NCBI RefSeq assembly: GCF_902713615.1
Contig: NC_052172.1
Location: forward strand, 6,801,337-6,865,336
Direction: 5' to 3'
DNA: 64,000 nucleotides
Source: Scyliorhinus canicula
Taxonomy: Eukaryota
The first letter of the stretch is position 1, and each line of letters opens with the position of its first letter. The notes beneath the pieces were generated by a model. It ran no database searches and had not been told where the DNA came from. It saw only the letters and a list, made by a program, of their open reading frames with translations. Positions 26,610 through 37,589 of this stretch are shown here, piece by piece. Position numbers and translations under genes: made by a program.

Positions 26610-26690
26610 AGAACGGAAGTGATGACGGCCCCGCCCCCTCTAAAAGCCCCGCCGCCCTCAGAAAATCCCACCCCATGATTGGCTGATGGG
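26610..26690 (-). promoter_or_regulatory. V6 promoter: CCAAT (26678-26682), GC boxes, GGAAGTGATGACG (ETS / Vbeta decamer-like)
   Basis: Motifs read directly; 166 nt from ATG. Confidence 0.5.
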
Positions 26691-28504
26691 AACAGGTGGC
26701 TCCAAAAGGGGCAGATACTGGTGAAGCGAGTGGGCAAAGCAATGGCAGATGCAGTTTCATGTGGGGAATTCTGAGTTGTTCTGGGGAAGAGAGAGAGGAA
26801 TACTTTCTAACTGGTGACTAGTGTGGAAGTCTGGAAATGCAAAGACGTCCCGCTACGCAATTCATTAAAAGGAGACAATCATGAACAGGGAGAAGCCATA
26901 CGGTCGAGGCATCTCTAACCTTTATTTCCTGGGACAGGGAATGGAAAACAGAGGGAGTTCTTCACCTTCGAGAACCCTGAAAGTTTGTCTGTCGAGCCAT
27001 TCTTTCAGTTCCGGGCAGATAATGCAGAAAGAATGAATAAATCCTGGAGAGAGTTCAAAGCAGATTCAACAGAATTACACCTGGCATTAAAGTGTGTTCC
27101 ATCTACAAGTTGTACTGCAGAAATTCACCAAGGCTCCCGAGGCAGCACCTCGTAACTCATGACCGCCGAGAAGGAGAAATGCGGCTGATAGTTGTGATCA
27201 TCATCACCTGGAAGCTCCCCTCCAAGTTACGCATCATCGTGACTTGGAAATATTACATCGTTCCTTCACTGTCGCTGTGTCAATATCCGGCAACTCCCTC
27301 CCTAACCACACTGTTCACGTGTCTACACCTCAGGGACATCAACGGTTCAAGAAGGCAGCTCACCACCACCTTCTCACTGGCTACTGGGGATGGTCAATAA
27401 ATGTTGGCCTAGTCAACAACGCTCACGTCCCGTAAATAAATTAAAATATTAAGGTTGAGGACAGGCTGTGTAATCCTGTCTGCGTGACCTTCAGTCGAAT
27501 ATATTCCTGGGTTAACTGATTGGATGTGCGTTCAAGGATTTGAAGAGTTGCCAGTGGAAACAGAAATAATGTCCTCTGGTCAGTGAAAAGAGGGAAAACC
27601 ACACTTCGGGAATATCTTTCAGTTGTGACGCAGCAAATATTTTGGGGGGCAAAGTGTATCGGAAATCTGGGATCATCTCCGGACAAAATGCCGTGGATAC
27701 TGGGCGACGGATGGGTGGGTGTTACATTGCAAAGCTGAGATTTATAGAATTTTATTGTGTCAGTGTGCTGAGAAATCAGGGTGGATGGAGGGGTGATCCA
27801 TATCAGCTGTGCTCGATGATTGGTTGATCAAGCTGCAAGGACTGAATGGTCCCTTCCTGTTCCTGTATTCCAATCAAACCATTCCCCGGACACTGACGTC
27901 ATTAATGGTCCTGGCGCGCCCTCTGCTGTCCAGATGAACAAATAAACATTATTTTCGTCATCGAAGGAATGACCAATCATTTACTAACACTGTCTCTCAC
28001 TTTGCTCATGTCCCCCCTTCCCTATCCTTCCTTCTCTTTTTCTATAGTTATTTCCTTCCCTTCATTTGTGCCTTTCACTTTAAATTGTGCCAACCTCACT
28101 CACCATGAAACCCAGCGGCCAATGCGCACGAAGTTTCGGCACCACTTCATCCAATGGCCGGGTGAATCCTGCCCTCTTGATGGAGATTTCTGTTTATTTC
28201 TCTCTCACGTGTTTGTCTAACTTCCCCTTCAATGTATCTTCTTGCTCCGTCAGAAAGCAAACATCCCTGATATCAAAACCCTGTCAGTTCTGGTAACCGC
28301 CTCCTTTAGGAAAGAGCTGGTTTAGCTCAATGGGCTAGATAGCTGGTTTGTGATGCAGAATTAGGCCAGCAGCGCAGGTTGAATTCCCGGACCAGCTTAC
28401 CCAAACAGACGCCGGAATGTGGCGACTAGGGGGCTTTTCACAGTTACTTCACATTCCTGACAATAAAAGATTATTATTCATTTTCTTTTTCACTTGCTCT
28501 GTCA

Positions 28505-28627
28505 CATTTTTGGGTCTTGTCTGTAGATGAACGTGTGAAGGATTCCCGTTCACTCCAACATACAGTTTCTCCCCAGGAAAGCTGGAGACAGGAGCGGGGG
28601 TCAGTCAGTGAGTCTGCGGGTTCCTGT
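28505..28627 (-). pseudogene. Heavily decayed V relic (5' half of a V exon)
   Basis: After a CAG acceptor: AC AGG AAC CCG CAG ACT CAC TGA CTG ACC CCC GCT CCT GTC TCC AGC TTT CCT GGG GAG aligns codon-for-codon with V1/V4 FR1; no RSS found. Confidence 0.6.
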
Positions 28628-29254
28628 CTGGACAGTGACCGGGGGGAGAGGAACATCAGTAATGGGGACTTGCAAGGAAACGGGGGAAGGAAGATAGAAA
28701 GAGTGAAGTGATGCTAAACTCCAGTGTCATCGCCCCTTCCTTGAACCAGGTTCAATCAAGACCAAAGTTATACATAGCGAGGCGGAGTTGGCCCCTTTCT
28801 AATTATTGGAGCAAATATGAGAAGGAGGGAGGGTGCGAAGCGAGTCTTTCTGCAAATGAATCTTGAAATAATCCATATAAACCTAAAGAAAGTGTTTCAA
28901 ATGCTCAGCGGGTCTGTTAGCATCTGTGGAGACAGAAACCGTTCACATATCGAGTCTATATGACTCGTATTGAGGACAGTTATATTATATTGCACTGGAA
29001 ACGTTAACTCTCTTTCACCCTCCAGAGTTTTTCCGAATTTTTCTGTTTTTATTTCCCATTTCCTGCCTCCTCTGTATTTTTATTTTTATTTCTTAAACAT
29101 GTACATGTTCAGAGATTCAGAGTTGAGCGACAGTCGCTTGCAAGACTTGGAACTGATGTGTTGGCACCACTTCTATTCTCACTTTCCTCCTTTATAAAAC
29201 ATAACCAACACAAAGAATCCGGAGCGCTGTTAGAACAACCAGATGCTTCCTGTT

Positions 29255-29700
29255 ACCTTCGGAGTTTGAACGGTTCCGCTCTGAGTCACTGTGAACACAT
29301 CAGATGCTCAAACACCCACCTCAGTGACCCGCCTGCAGGCTGAAGGACGCCAGATTGGACAGTTTGGGCAACCGCAGAGTGAAAGATCATCCGCAGCTCC
29401 CACCCCGGGTAATGTCTGTACCAGAACATGTCATCGATAGTGGTTCCCCCACCCTCACACTGCAGATACACTGTGGAAACTTGAAGACAGAGGAGGGAGA
29501 CTGATTGACACTGGCTGAGTTTATTCTGAAAATGAGATGGAGAGGGGGGGGGGGGGGGGAGGGGTCAGTAATTAGAGCCATTCTTCTGGAGAATCAGTGG
29601 AGGCAGAATGAATAGAAATGATAATGGATACTTGTGATAAAAATTTGCCTTAAAAATGACTCAAATTGAAATGAGATCAGGTTATTCAGAGATAGATCCT
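29255..29700 (-). pseudogene. TRBV: V7, TRBV pseudogene (paralog of V5) with decayed leader
   Basis: V exon 29525-29294 (INSASVNQSPSSVFKFP, frameshift, LQCEGGGTTIDDMFWYRH, same FR3 deletion as V5); heptamer 29287-29293; leader relic near 29660-29700 with donor GT->TT. Confidence 0.78.
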
Positions 29701-30180
29701 TTAATTTAAACCTGCATTGTAAGAGTGAAATACGTCAATAAAAGAAAGCTCGGTCTTGCTGAGAACGAAATCATCTGGTTTGAAAGGATTGAGGAAAAGT
29801 AGGAATGACCAAAGGAAGTGATGCAGTTTGGACAACACACCCGTCTCAATCTCACTGAAGCTCCTGCCATCGTTGTAGGGAAGCAGATGTGGAGGGAGAG
29901 TTCCACATTCTCACCACTCTGTGACAAATGATCTTTTCTCTGAATTCTCACTTGGATTTATCAGTAACGAGCTGCTCTCTGTGCTCTCTGGTTATAAAAT
30001 TCCGCACAAGTGAACATGTTTCCCTCCAACACAGTTCACTATTTAAAAAACCTCCCTCAGGTCCGCTCATTCCCTTCTCGCTCCAACAAAAATGAACCAA
30101 TTAAAACTTTCCAAATCGTACAAAATCTGCATTCAGTTATCGTTCTTGTTACACTCCATATTCACATCCACCAGTGGTTC

Positions 30181-31200
30181 AGGAACAAAGAACAAAGAAC
30201 AATACAGTACAGGAACAGACCCTTCGGCCCTCGAAGCCTGTACCAGTCATAATACCAACCTTTGCAAAACGCTCAGCACTTCCTTGTGCCATATCCCTCC
30301 ATACCCATCCTCTCCATGTGCTTGTCAAGATGCCTTTTGAACGCTATTAATGCATCTGCTTCCACAACCTCCACTGGCAACACGTTGCAGGCACTCACCA
30401 CCCTCTGCATAAAAAACCTGCTTCGCACATCTCCTCGAAACTTTTCCCCACGGACCATAAACCTTTGCCCCCGGTGACTGACTCCTCCACCCTGGGAAAG
30501 AGTGCCTGCCCATCCACTCTATCCATGCCCTTCATAATCTGGTAGATCTCTATCACCCCTCAACCTCCTTCTTTCTAATGAAAACAGTCTGAGTGTATTC
30601 AGCCTCTTCACATAGCAAACATCCTCCAGACCAGGCAACCTCCTGGTAAACCGCCTCTGCAGCCTCTCCAAAGCCTCCACATCGTTCTGGTAGTGCGGCA
30701 ACCAGAATTGTGCGCAATATTCCAAGTGCGGCCTTACCACTGGAAAGGCGGAGGTTGGGGGGCGACCTGATTGAGGTCTACAAAATTATGAGGGGCATAG
30801 ACAGAGTGGATAGGGAGAGGCGTTTCCCCAGGGTAGAGGGGTCAATTACTAGGTGGCATAGGTTTAAGGTGCGAGGGACAAGGTTTAGAGTAGATGTACG
30901 AGGCAAGTTTTTTACACAGAGGGTAGTGGGTGCCTGGAACTCGCTGCTGGAGGAGGTGGTGGAAGCAGGGACGATAGTGCAATTTAAGGGGCACCTTGAT
31001 AAATACATGAATAGGATGGGAATAGAGGGATACGGACCCAGGAAGTGTAGAAGATTTTAGTTTAGACGGGCAGCATGGTCAGCACGGGCTTGGAGGGCCG
31101 AAGGGCCTGTTCCTGTGCTGTACTTTTCTTTGTTCTTTGTTCTTACCAAGGTTCTATACAACTGTAGCATGACTTGTCAGTTTTTATCCTCGATGCCCCA
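30181..31200 (-). mobile_element. CR1 3' fragment (30181-30738, resumes 31146-31200) interrupted by an oppositely oriented CR1
   Basis: VRPHLEYCAQFW peptide antisense; sequence gcggccttacc|aaggttctatac continues across the insert. Confidence 0.85.
30740..31143 (+). mobile_element. Young CR1 3' fragment nested in CR1
   Basis: LERRRLGGDLIEVYKIMRG peptide, (ttctttg)n tail, CTTACCA on both sides (possible TSD). Confidence 0.85.
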
Positions 31201-31361
31201 ATATGTAATAATTCACATTTTATTCTATTTTGTCTCTTTTTCCAATCACACGTTCAATCTACAAAAAATTAAAGTGTGAGACTGCGGTTTTCTTGCTCAC
31301 AGCTGCTTCTTGCTGCCTTTGGAGTTCTTGTTGAACTTCTCCATCTCTCTGAGTCACTGTG

Positions 31362-31881
31362 AAGACCCCAGCCGCAGTAATATACGGCCGAGTGATCCAC
31401 CCGCAGGCCGGAGGACTCCAGATTGAATTCGTAGTCCTTCGCTCGCTTTGCTGTGAAACTGTTCACAGTACTTGCTGGATAGACAGTCTTTGCTGGATTG
31501 GAGTAAAAGGACAGCTGCAGCTCCATCCCCGGGTATTGTCTGTACCAGAACATGTTGATGCTGCTGCTACTTCCCTCCACACTGCAGCTCAATCTCAATC
31601 TCTCCCCGGGAAATCTGGAGAGGGCGGCGGGAGTCTGGCGGATAGTCTGAGACGTCACATCTGAGAAAGAGACAGGGAGAGGAGATCAGGAGATGGGACC
31701 CTCGGTGTAGTGAAGAAACAAGGAGAAAGAGACAAATACAGAGGCATAGGAAGAACACAAAGGATTGTGAACAAGAGGCCAGGTGAGGAAGTGGACAGGA
31801 AAGCGAGATATTGGATAAGGATTGTTGTTGGGAAAGTTCCTTACGGTGAAACATGATTAACAGAGACAGCAGCAGATATAT
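31362..31881 (-). pseudogene. TRBV: V8, TRBV with open V exon (31660-31362) but leader starting ATA instead of ATG (leader 31881-31845)
   Basis: Leader ATA TAT CTG CTG CTG TCT CTG TTA ATC ATG TTT CAC C|GTAAGG; V exon QTIRQTPAALSRFPGERLRLSC..WYRQ..YYCGWGL; RSS CACAGTG (31355-31361) + 23 + ACAAGAACT. Confidence 0.85.
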
Positions 31882-31959
31882 CTTCCACTTCCATTTCGCT
31901 TTTGAACAATCTTCATCACTGGGAAGACAACACTGAAATTACAAAGCTCCTCCTCCTCA

Positions 31960-32070
31960 CTGATTGATTGACAGCCCAGCCCCGCCCACTCTGAGTTCAG
32001 CCCCGCCCTATCACATTATCAGCCCCGCCCCCTACTCTCTGAAGGGTTGATGCGGAGCTGTCAGCAATAG
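31960..32070 (-). promoter_or_regulatory. Putative V8 promoter with three CAGCCCCGCCC GC boxes
   Basis: Three repeated Sp1-type boxes 100-170 nt upstream of the leader. Confidence 0.45.
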
Positions 32071-32524
32071 GAAGTTGACACATTGAGGGTCTGGGGATAG
32101 GGGGAAATGTGGAGGAGGGTTCACAGTTCAGAGGCACCAGAACAACCTCGGGGCTGAGAGGTGAATCCAGAAGTCAGGATGCATAAACCTCGCTTCCAGT
32201 CCCTTCAATGTAGAACGCTGAGGGTGGATTAATTAAACTACTCCAGATTAGAAATTAAGCATTTGAGCGTGTCTGAGAGAGAAAGTGGCCCCTCTGCCGG
32301 GAGGGCACCTGAGCCTGTTGGAATAATCTCAAATTAGAGTTCAGATAATATTGAGAGGAGATGTTAACAGTTTAGATGCTGAGCGAATCTTTCTCCCTGG
32401 GAGCGGAATTGAGATCACGGAAAAATGCCTCAGGTAATCAGTTTCCTGTTTAGACGGAGATGGAGGAATTTCTTCTGTCAAAAGGTGATGAATCTTTGGA
32501 ATATTCCACCTCAGGGAACAATGG

Positions 32525-32705
32525 CTAGGGGGCTGGTTTAGCACAGGGCCAAACAGCTGGCTTTCAAAGCAGACCAAGGCAGACCAGCAGTGCGGGTTCA
32601 ATTCATATACCAGCCTCCCAAAACAGGCGGCGGAATGTGGCAACCAGGGGCTTTTCACAGTGACTTCATTTCAAGCCGACTTGTGACAATACGCATTTTT
32701 CATTT
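32525..32705 (+). mobile_element. Second tRNA-derived SINE family (related copies near 28308-28480 and 45535-45775)
   Basis: gggctggtttagcacaggg..ggttcaattc..ggcttttcacag..tgtgacaata shared between copies. Confidence 0.7.
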
Positions 32706-33954
32706 CAATGCGGATTGGGACATTGAATATTGAGTCAGATTGGTGACCTGCGGAGGAAATGCGGGAGGGTGATGGTGGGGTTAGGTTCAGCTGGTGGTGG
32801 AGATGAGGGACTTGGACGTTGGGCTAGAGTGATGAACTAATAAAAGAGTCAGAGTCATTGGTGGGGAGTGGGTGGGTGGGTTGATGCTGAAAAGCGGTTT
32901 TACAGCCAATATCCAATTAGTCACGACTTTATTCAATGGCGCAGCAGATTAGAGGGGCCGAATGATCTCTTCCTCCTCCTGCTGTTGTTCTGACATCTGA
33001 ATGGATAAAGCCTCCCGTGCCAGTATCTAGTTTATATTTTCCCTGGACAGGTTAGATTCTGTCCAAGTTAAAAGTCTAAGTTGTGACCTATTATTACAAT
33101 CCCAGTAGAACCTGATTATTGAAATAGAGACAGGAATTTCCCAATGACAGCTGGAATGTGTCACATCACAAGAATTCACATTTTACGGTTTTGACTCTGA
33201 CAAACTACTAAAATCAAGAGAGTAAACATTAATACGTAAATACTTAGCTAAATCTTGAATGTTAGCTAAATATTGGACATCTTGGGAATGTAAAAAACAA
33301 TAAGACCAATAGACTACAGAAAAGGCTGTTTCTCATTCACCAAATAATTGAAACTCTGACATTCTTTTGTACCTCAAATTAAAGGATATAAATGAGGAAG
33401 AATTGGGGTGCCGGCCCCCAAGTCAAGCGACGGAATCTTCAAATTGGACCCGGGCTGATCAATCTCTGCAGATATTTATTGACACAAACTGGAAACGTGG
33501 AACTGGCTCTGTCTGGAGTGAACGGGAGCTTTAACACAATCTGTCATTGAGTGTTCCTGAACCAGGACATGGAGATTTAGGGAGAAAGGCGGGATGATAG
33601 GGCTCAGAAACAGAGCGGCCATGATCTCAGTCAATGGTTGAACATTCCCAAGATACTGAATCTGCTCCTCCGCAGAATAGAAGGGCTGAATGGCCTCCGA
33701 CTGCTCCTGCGATACAACTTCAGGGGATGGTGAATGACCTAGTGCTTGGCAGAAGGAGGAATGGTTTCCTGCTGTTCCTGAATTGAAAATGCAAGGATTC
33801 TTAAAGAAAGATCTAACCCTAGCTTGCGGGGCTCACAGGAAGCGAATTGTCTCCTCCTGTCCCCGTGTCCTTATTAATCTCTGCACCCGACACTGCTCTC
33901 TTTCATGGTCCTCGAGCGCCGCCTGCTGTTAGTCTGGAGAAAAATGCATTTAGT

Positions 33955-34975
33955 GGATAAAGAACAAAGAACAATAAAATGTGCAGCACATGAAAAGGCC
34001 CTTCGGCCCTCCCAAGCATGGGCCGACCATCCTGCCGGTCTAACCTAAAAACATTTACACTTCGTATCCCTCTATTCGTATCCTATTCATGTATTTGTCA
34101 AGTTGCCCCTTAAATGTCACTATCGTACCTGCTTCCACCACCTCTTCCGGCAGCGGGTACCAGGCACCCACTACCCTCTGTGTAAAAATCTTTCCTCTCA
34201 CATCTCCTCTAAATTTTGTTCCTCGCACCTTAAACATATGTCCTATCATAATTGATTCTTCCACCCTGGGAAACATCTTCTTTGTCTCCACTCTGGCCAT
34301 GCCCCTCATCAAAGCAAATTACTGCAGATGCTGGACTCTGAAAGGAAAGAGAAAATGCTGGACTATCTCAGCAGGTCTTGCAGCATCTGTAGGGAGAGAG
34401 ATGAGCCAACGTTTTGACTCCAATGACTTTGACAAAGAGTCATTGGACTCGAAACATTATCTCTTTTCTTTCCCTACAGATGCTGCCAGACCTGCTGAGA
34501 TTTTTCAACATTTTCTCTTTTGTTTCATGCCTCACATAATTTTGTCGACTTCTATGTCCCAGCCAATGAAGACAACCATGTCATATGCCTTCAAAACCAC
34601 CTTCTCCAGCTGCATTGCCATTTTCGGTGACCTGTACACTGAGATCCCTCTGCCTGACAATACTCGTAAAGGTTCTGCAATTTACTGTATATTTCCCACC
34701 TGTACTGGCCCTTCCAAAATGCAGCACCTCAGATTTGTCCAGATTAAACTCCATCTGAGACCTATCTGCCCAAGTCTCCAATAGATCTCCATCCTGCTGT
34801 ATCCTCTGACAGTCTTCATCATTATCTGCAATTCCACCAACCTTTGTGTCATCTGCAAACTTACTAATCAAACCAGTTACATGTTCCTCCAAATAATTTA
34901 TATGTGCAACAAACAACAAATATCCCAGCATTGATCCCTGTGGAACACCACGAGTCACAGCCCTCCATTCAGAAA
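33955..34975 (-). mobile_element. CR1 fragments with a Penelope-like insert (about 34310-34530)
   Basis: Antisense GVPQGSMLG..KFADDTK and CR1 tail. Confidence 0.75.
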
Positions 34976-35907
34976 AAAATTGTTTTAATAATGGATTATG
35001 TACTTGAGGACATTCAAATGTATCATGAATTAAAATAGTTTTTAGATAGCGAAATAATAGACGTTTTGAACTTTATTTTATTTCAGCTCAGCATCATTCC
35101 TGGAGTCTGCCAGTAGTGGATATTGGGTGTGTTGGTTTGGATGGTGTAAATGTTGGCATGATTTGGCACAATGGCTAGAAGGTGCCATGATTTGGCATTA
35201 TAGACATGAGGAGAGGGAGGGGTGAAGGGTGCTTGATGGGAGAGGTACAGAGGGTCTAATATTTGACAAACAATTGGGACAAAGTGCCAGAGAAATAAGG
35301 CGGGCCTCTTAAACAGCCAGCTTCAACAATCAGCAATAGTTATGGTTATCTCCAATCTGCATTTGATGATTACTGCATCCCACACTGGTCTCCTCAGGAT
35401 GAAGATTCTGCTTTGGTGCACTTTCCTGAGCAAGACAGAGGAGCACCGTTTGACTCTTTGCTTCTTTTTCAGAATCTTTCTCTCCAACTCCACAAGCCTC
35501 TGCATCTATTTCCTCCCTGCCTCTTCCAATCTGTCTGTCTGTCTCTCTCTGACTCTCTGTGTGCCTCACTCCCAGTGTGTATGTGTGCGCGCATGTGTAT
35601 CTCACCCTCCGTTAGTGTATCTCTCACTCTCTCTATATATCGTTGTCTCTCTCCTTATGGGTGCCTATCTGTGCCTACACATTACAAACACCCTGCCACC
35701 CCCTCCCCGCCCGCCACTCACTTTTGGCACAATCTAAATGGACGTTTCTGGGTGCGATCTGATGGAAAAGTCATTTGTCACAGATTTTTCATGGGAGCGT
35801 CCCACCGGCTCTGTCGGCGAGTTCCCCACCGCTATCTAACCACACCAAGCGTGTGATTGTGCGGCCAAGTTGTGCTGAAGCGAGGCTGTTAAATCGCAGG
35901 AGAGACC

Positions 35908-36222
35908 AGAGAATCATAGAACCCCTACAGTGCAGAAAGAGGCCAATCAGCCCATCAAGCCTGCAATGACCCTCTGAAACAGCGCCCTACCTAGGCCCAA
36001 ACCCCACATTACCCCATAACCCCACCAAGGGCCACATTAGCATGGCGAAGCCATCAAACCTGCACATCTTTGGCATGTGGGAAGAAACCGGAGCGTCCGG
36101 AGGAAACCCACGCAGACATGAGGGGAATGTGCAAACTCCACACAGACAGTGACCCAAGGTTAGAATCGAACCCGAGTCCCTGGCGCAGTGCAGCGCTAAC
36201 CAGTGTGCCACTGTGGCACCAA
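35908..36222 (-). mobile_element. HE1/V-SINE-type SINE inside the left Harbinger inverted repeat
   Basis: Absent from the right inverted repeat. Confidence 0.85.
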
Positions 36223-37589
36223 TTACTGAAAAGAGAACTGCACCGGGCATTGATCCGTTTGCGATCTAACTGGCCCACTCCCTTTGGTGGAATTCGGACC
36301 CCAATGCAGTGTGTCGAGAAACCGATAATCACCACTTAAGCGCAGTCTCCCTCCAATTAACGGCCTCCCATGATCTGAACCCCTCCCCAGCAAGTGGTCC
36401 TGTGGGCACCGATTAGTTGCCCTTTTTGAAAACGAGAACCTCGTGGAAGCGCTGCTGAGGAGACCCGAGGAGGTGGGTCGCCATCTTCACCCACAGGCAC
36501 AGAGCACGGGGTCACTGGGGTTGCTGCAAGGCCGCCCCACTATAAATCATGAATTGGCCCACTTAAAGTGGCCCTCCAGGTTTAACGCTGCAAATCACCA
36601 TCTGTCAGCTGATTCACTGGGACCGCACTCTCCAGCCCCCTGCTAACAAGTGACAGCAGGACTTGCACAGCCAGCCCCACTCAGCTCGCAGCCGAGCTCC
36701 AAGGATACCAGTCACAGTTTGGTGGTACCGACTTGGGAAGCCTGCTGGACATGGTGGATGTGACAAAGGAGGTCCTAATTTGCCGAGTGTCCAGGAGGGT
36801 CAGCCACAGGTCAGCCAGTGTCGCCTGGGAAGACTGCCATGCACTGCCGTAAGAAGGTCAACCACCTCCACGGCGTCACAGTGGAGGTTGGCATTGGACC
36901 ACCAGTAGCCTCTCAGGAATGTGTCTGGCACCGCCCCCACCCAGCTCCGTTCCATTTCCCTGCAGAACCATAGCCAGCCGTGCCACTCATGCCGCCCAAT
37001 ACTCCGCCCACCCTAGCCATACTATGTGCTCACCCATAAGCCCTAGTCCCGCATACTCCGCTTTCCTCTCCCTTCCTTACCACCCCCTCATATGGCCCAC
37101 ACCCCCCCCCCCCCACACCCCCAATATGGCCATTTCCCCGCAGCCCCCACGAGCCTCCCAAGCCCCGCGGTGAAAGATGCGTGCTGCACCGATACCCCCT
37201 CTGTGTGCTCACAGGAGAAGCTGGCTCACAACAGGAGGGAGAGGATCCAGACAGGCAGCAGAGTGCCAGATATACGAGTCCTCGCCCCCGACGAGGAACA
37301 GGCCCTGGTGGTTCCGGGACTGGGTGAGGACAGATCAGGAACCAACGTGGATGTCGGACTACGCCGCAGAGAAGAGGATCCACCGACACGCTTCAAGGTG
37401 CTCTGTCACATGTGAGTTGTTATTGCCTTCCAGACTGACCCAGTAACTGTGCTCCAGAAGCTCAGCATCTGACATTTCCCACCGAGTTGTGTATCTCTGG
37501 CTGGTTGAGCGGGGCGTGACAGCTGTGTCTTGGATAAGCTGGTGTTCTCGGCACTCCCCTCTGGGGAGTTCCCATGGGATGCAGTGGGG

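Noticed and set aside
28085-28200. Two CCAAT boxes and ATG|GTGAGT on the minus strand
   Set aside because: No matching downstream exon and spacing does not fit the V promoter/leader layout.
6687-31881. Vs as IgNAR, NAR-TCR or Ig V genes
   Set aside because: Normal CDR2 length, FR2 WYRQ, 23-type RSS, no octamer in promoters, tandem V-only array.
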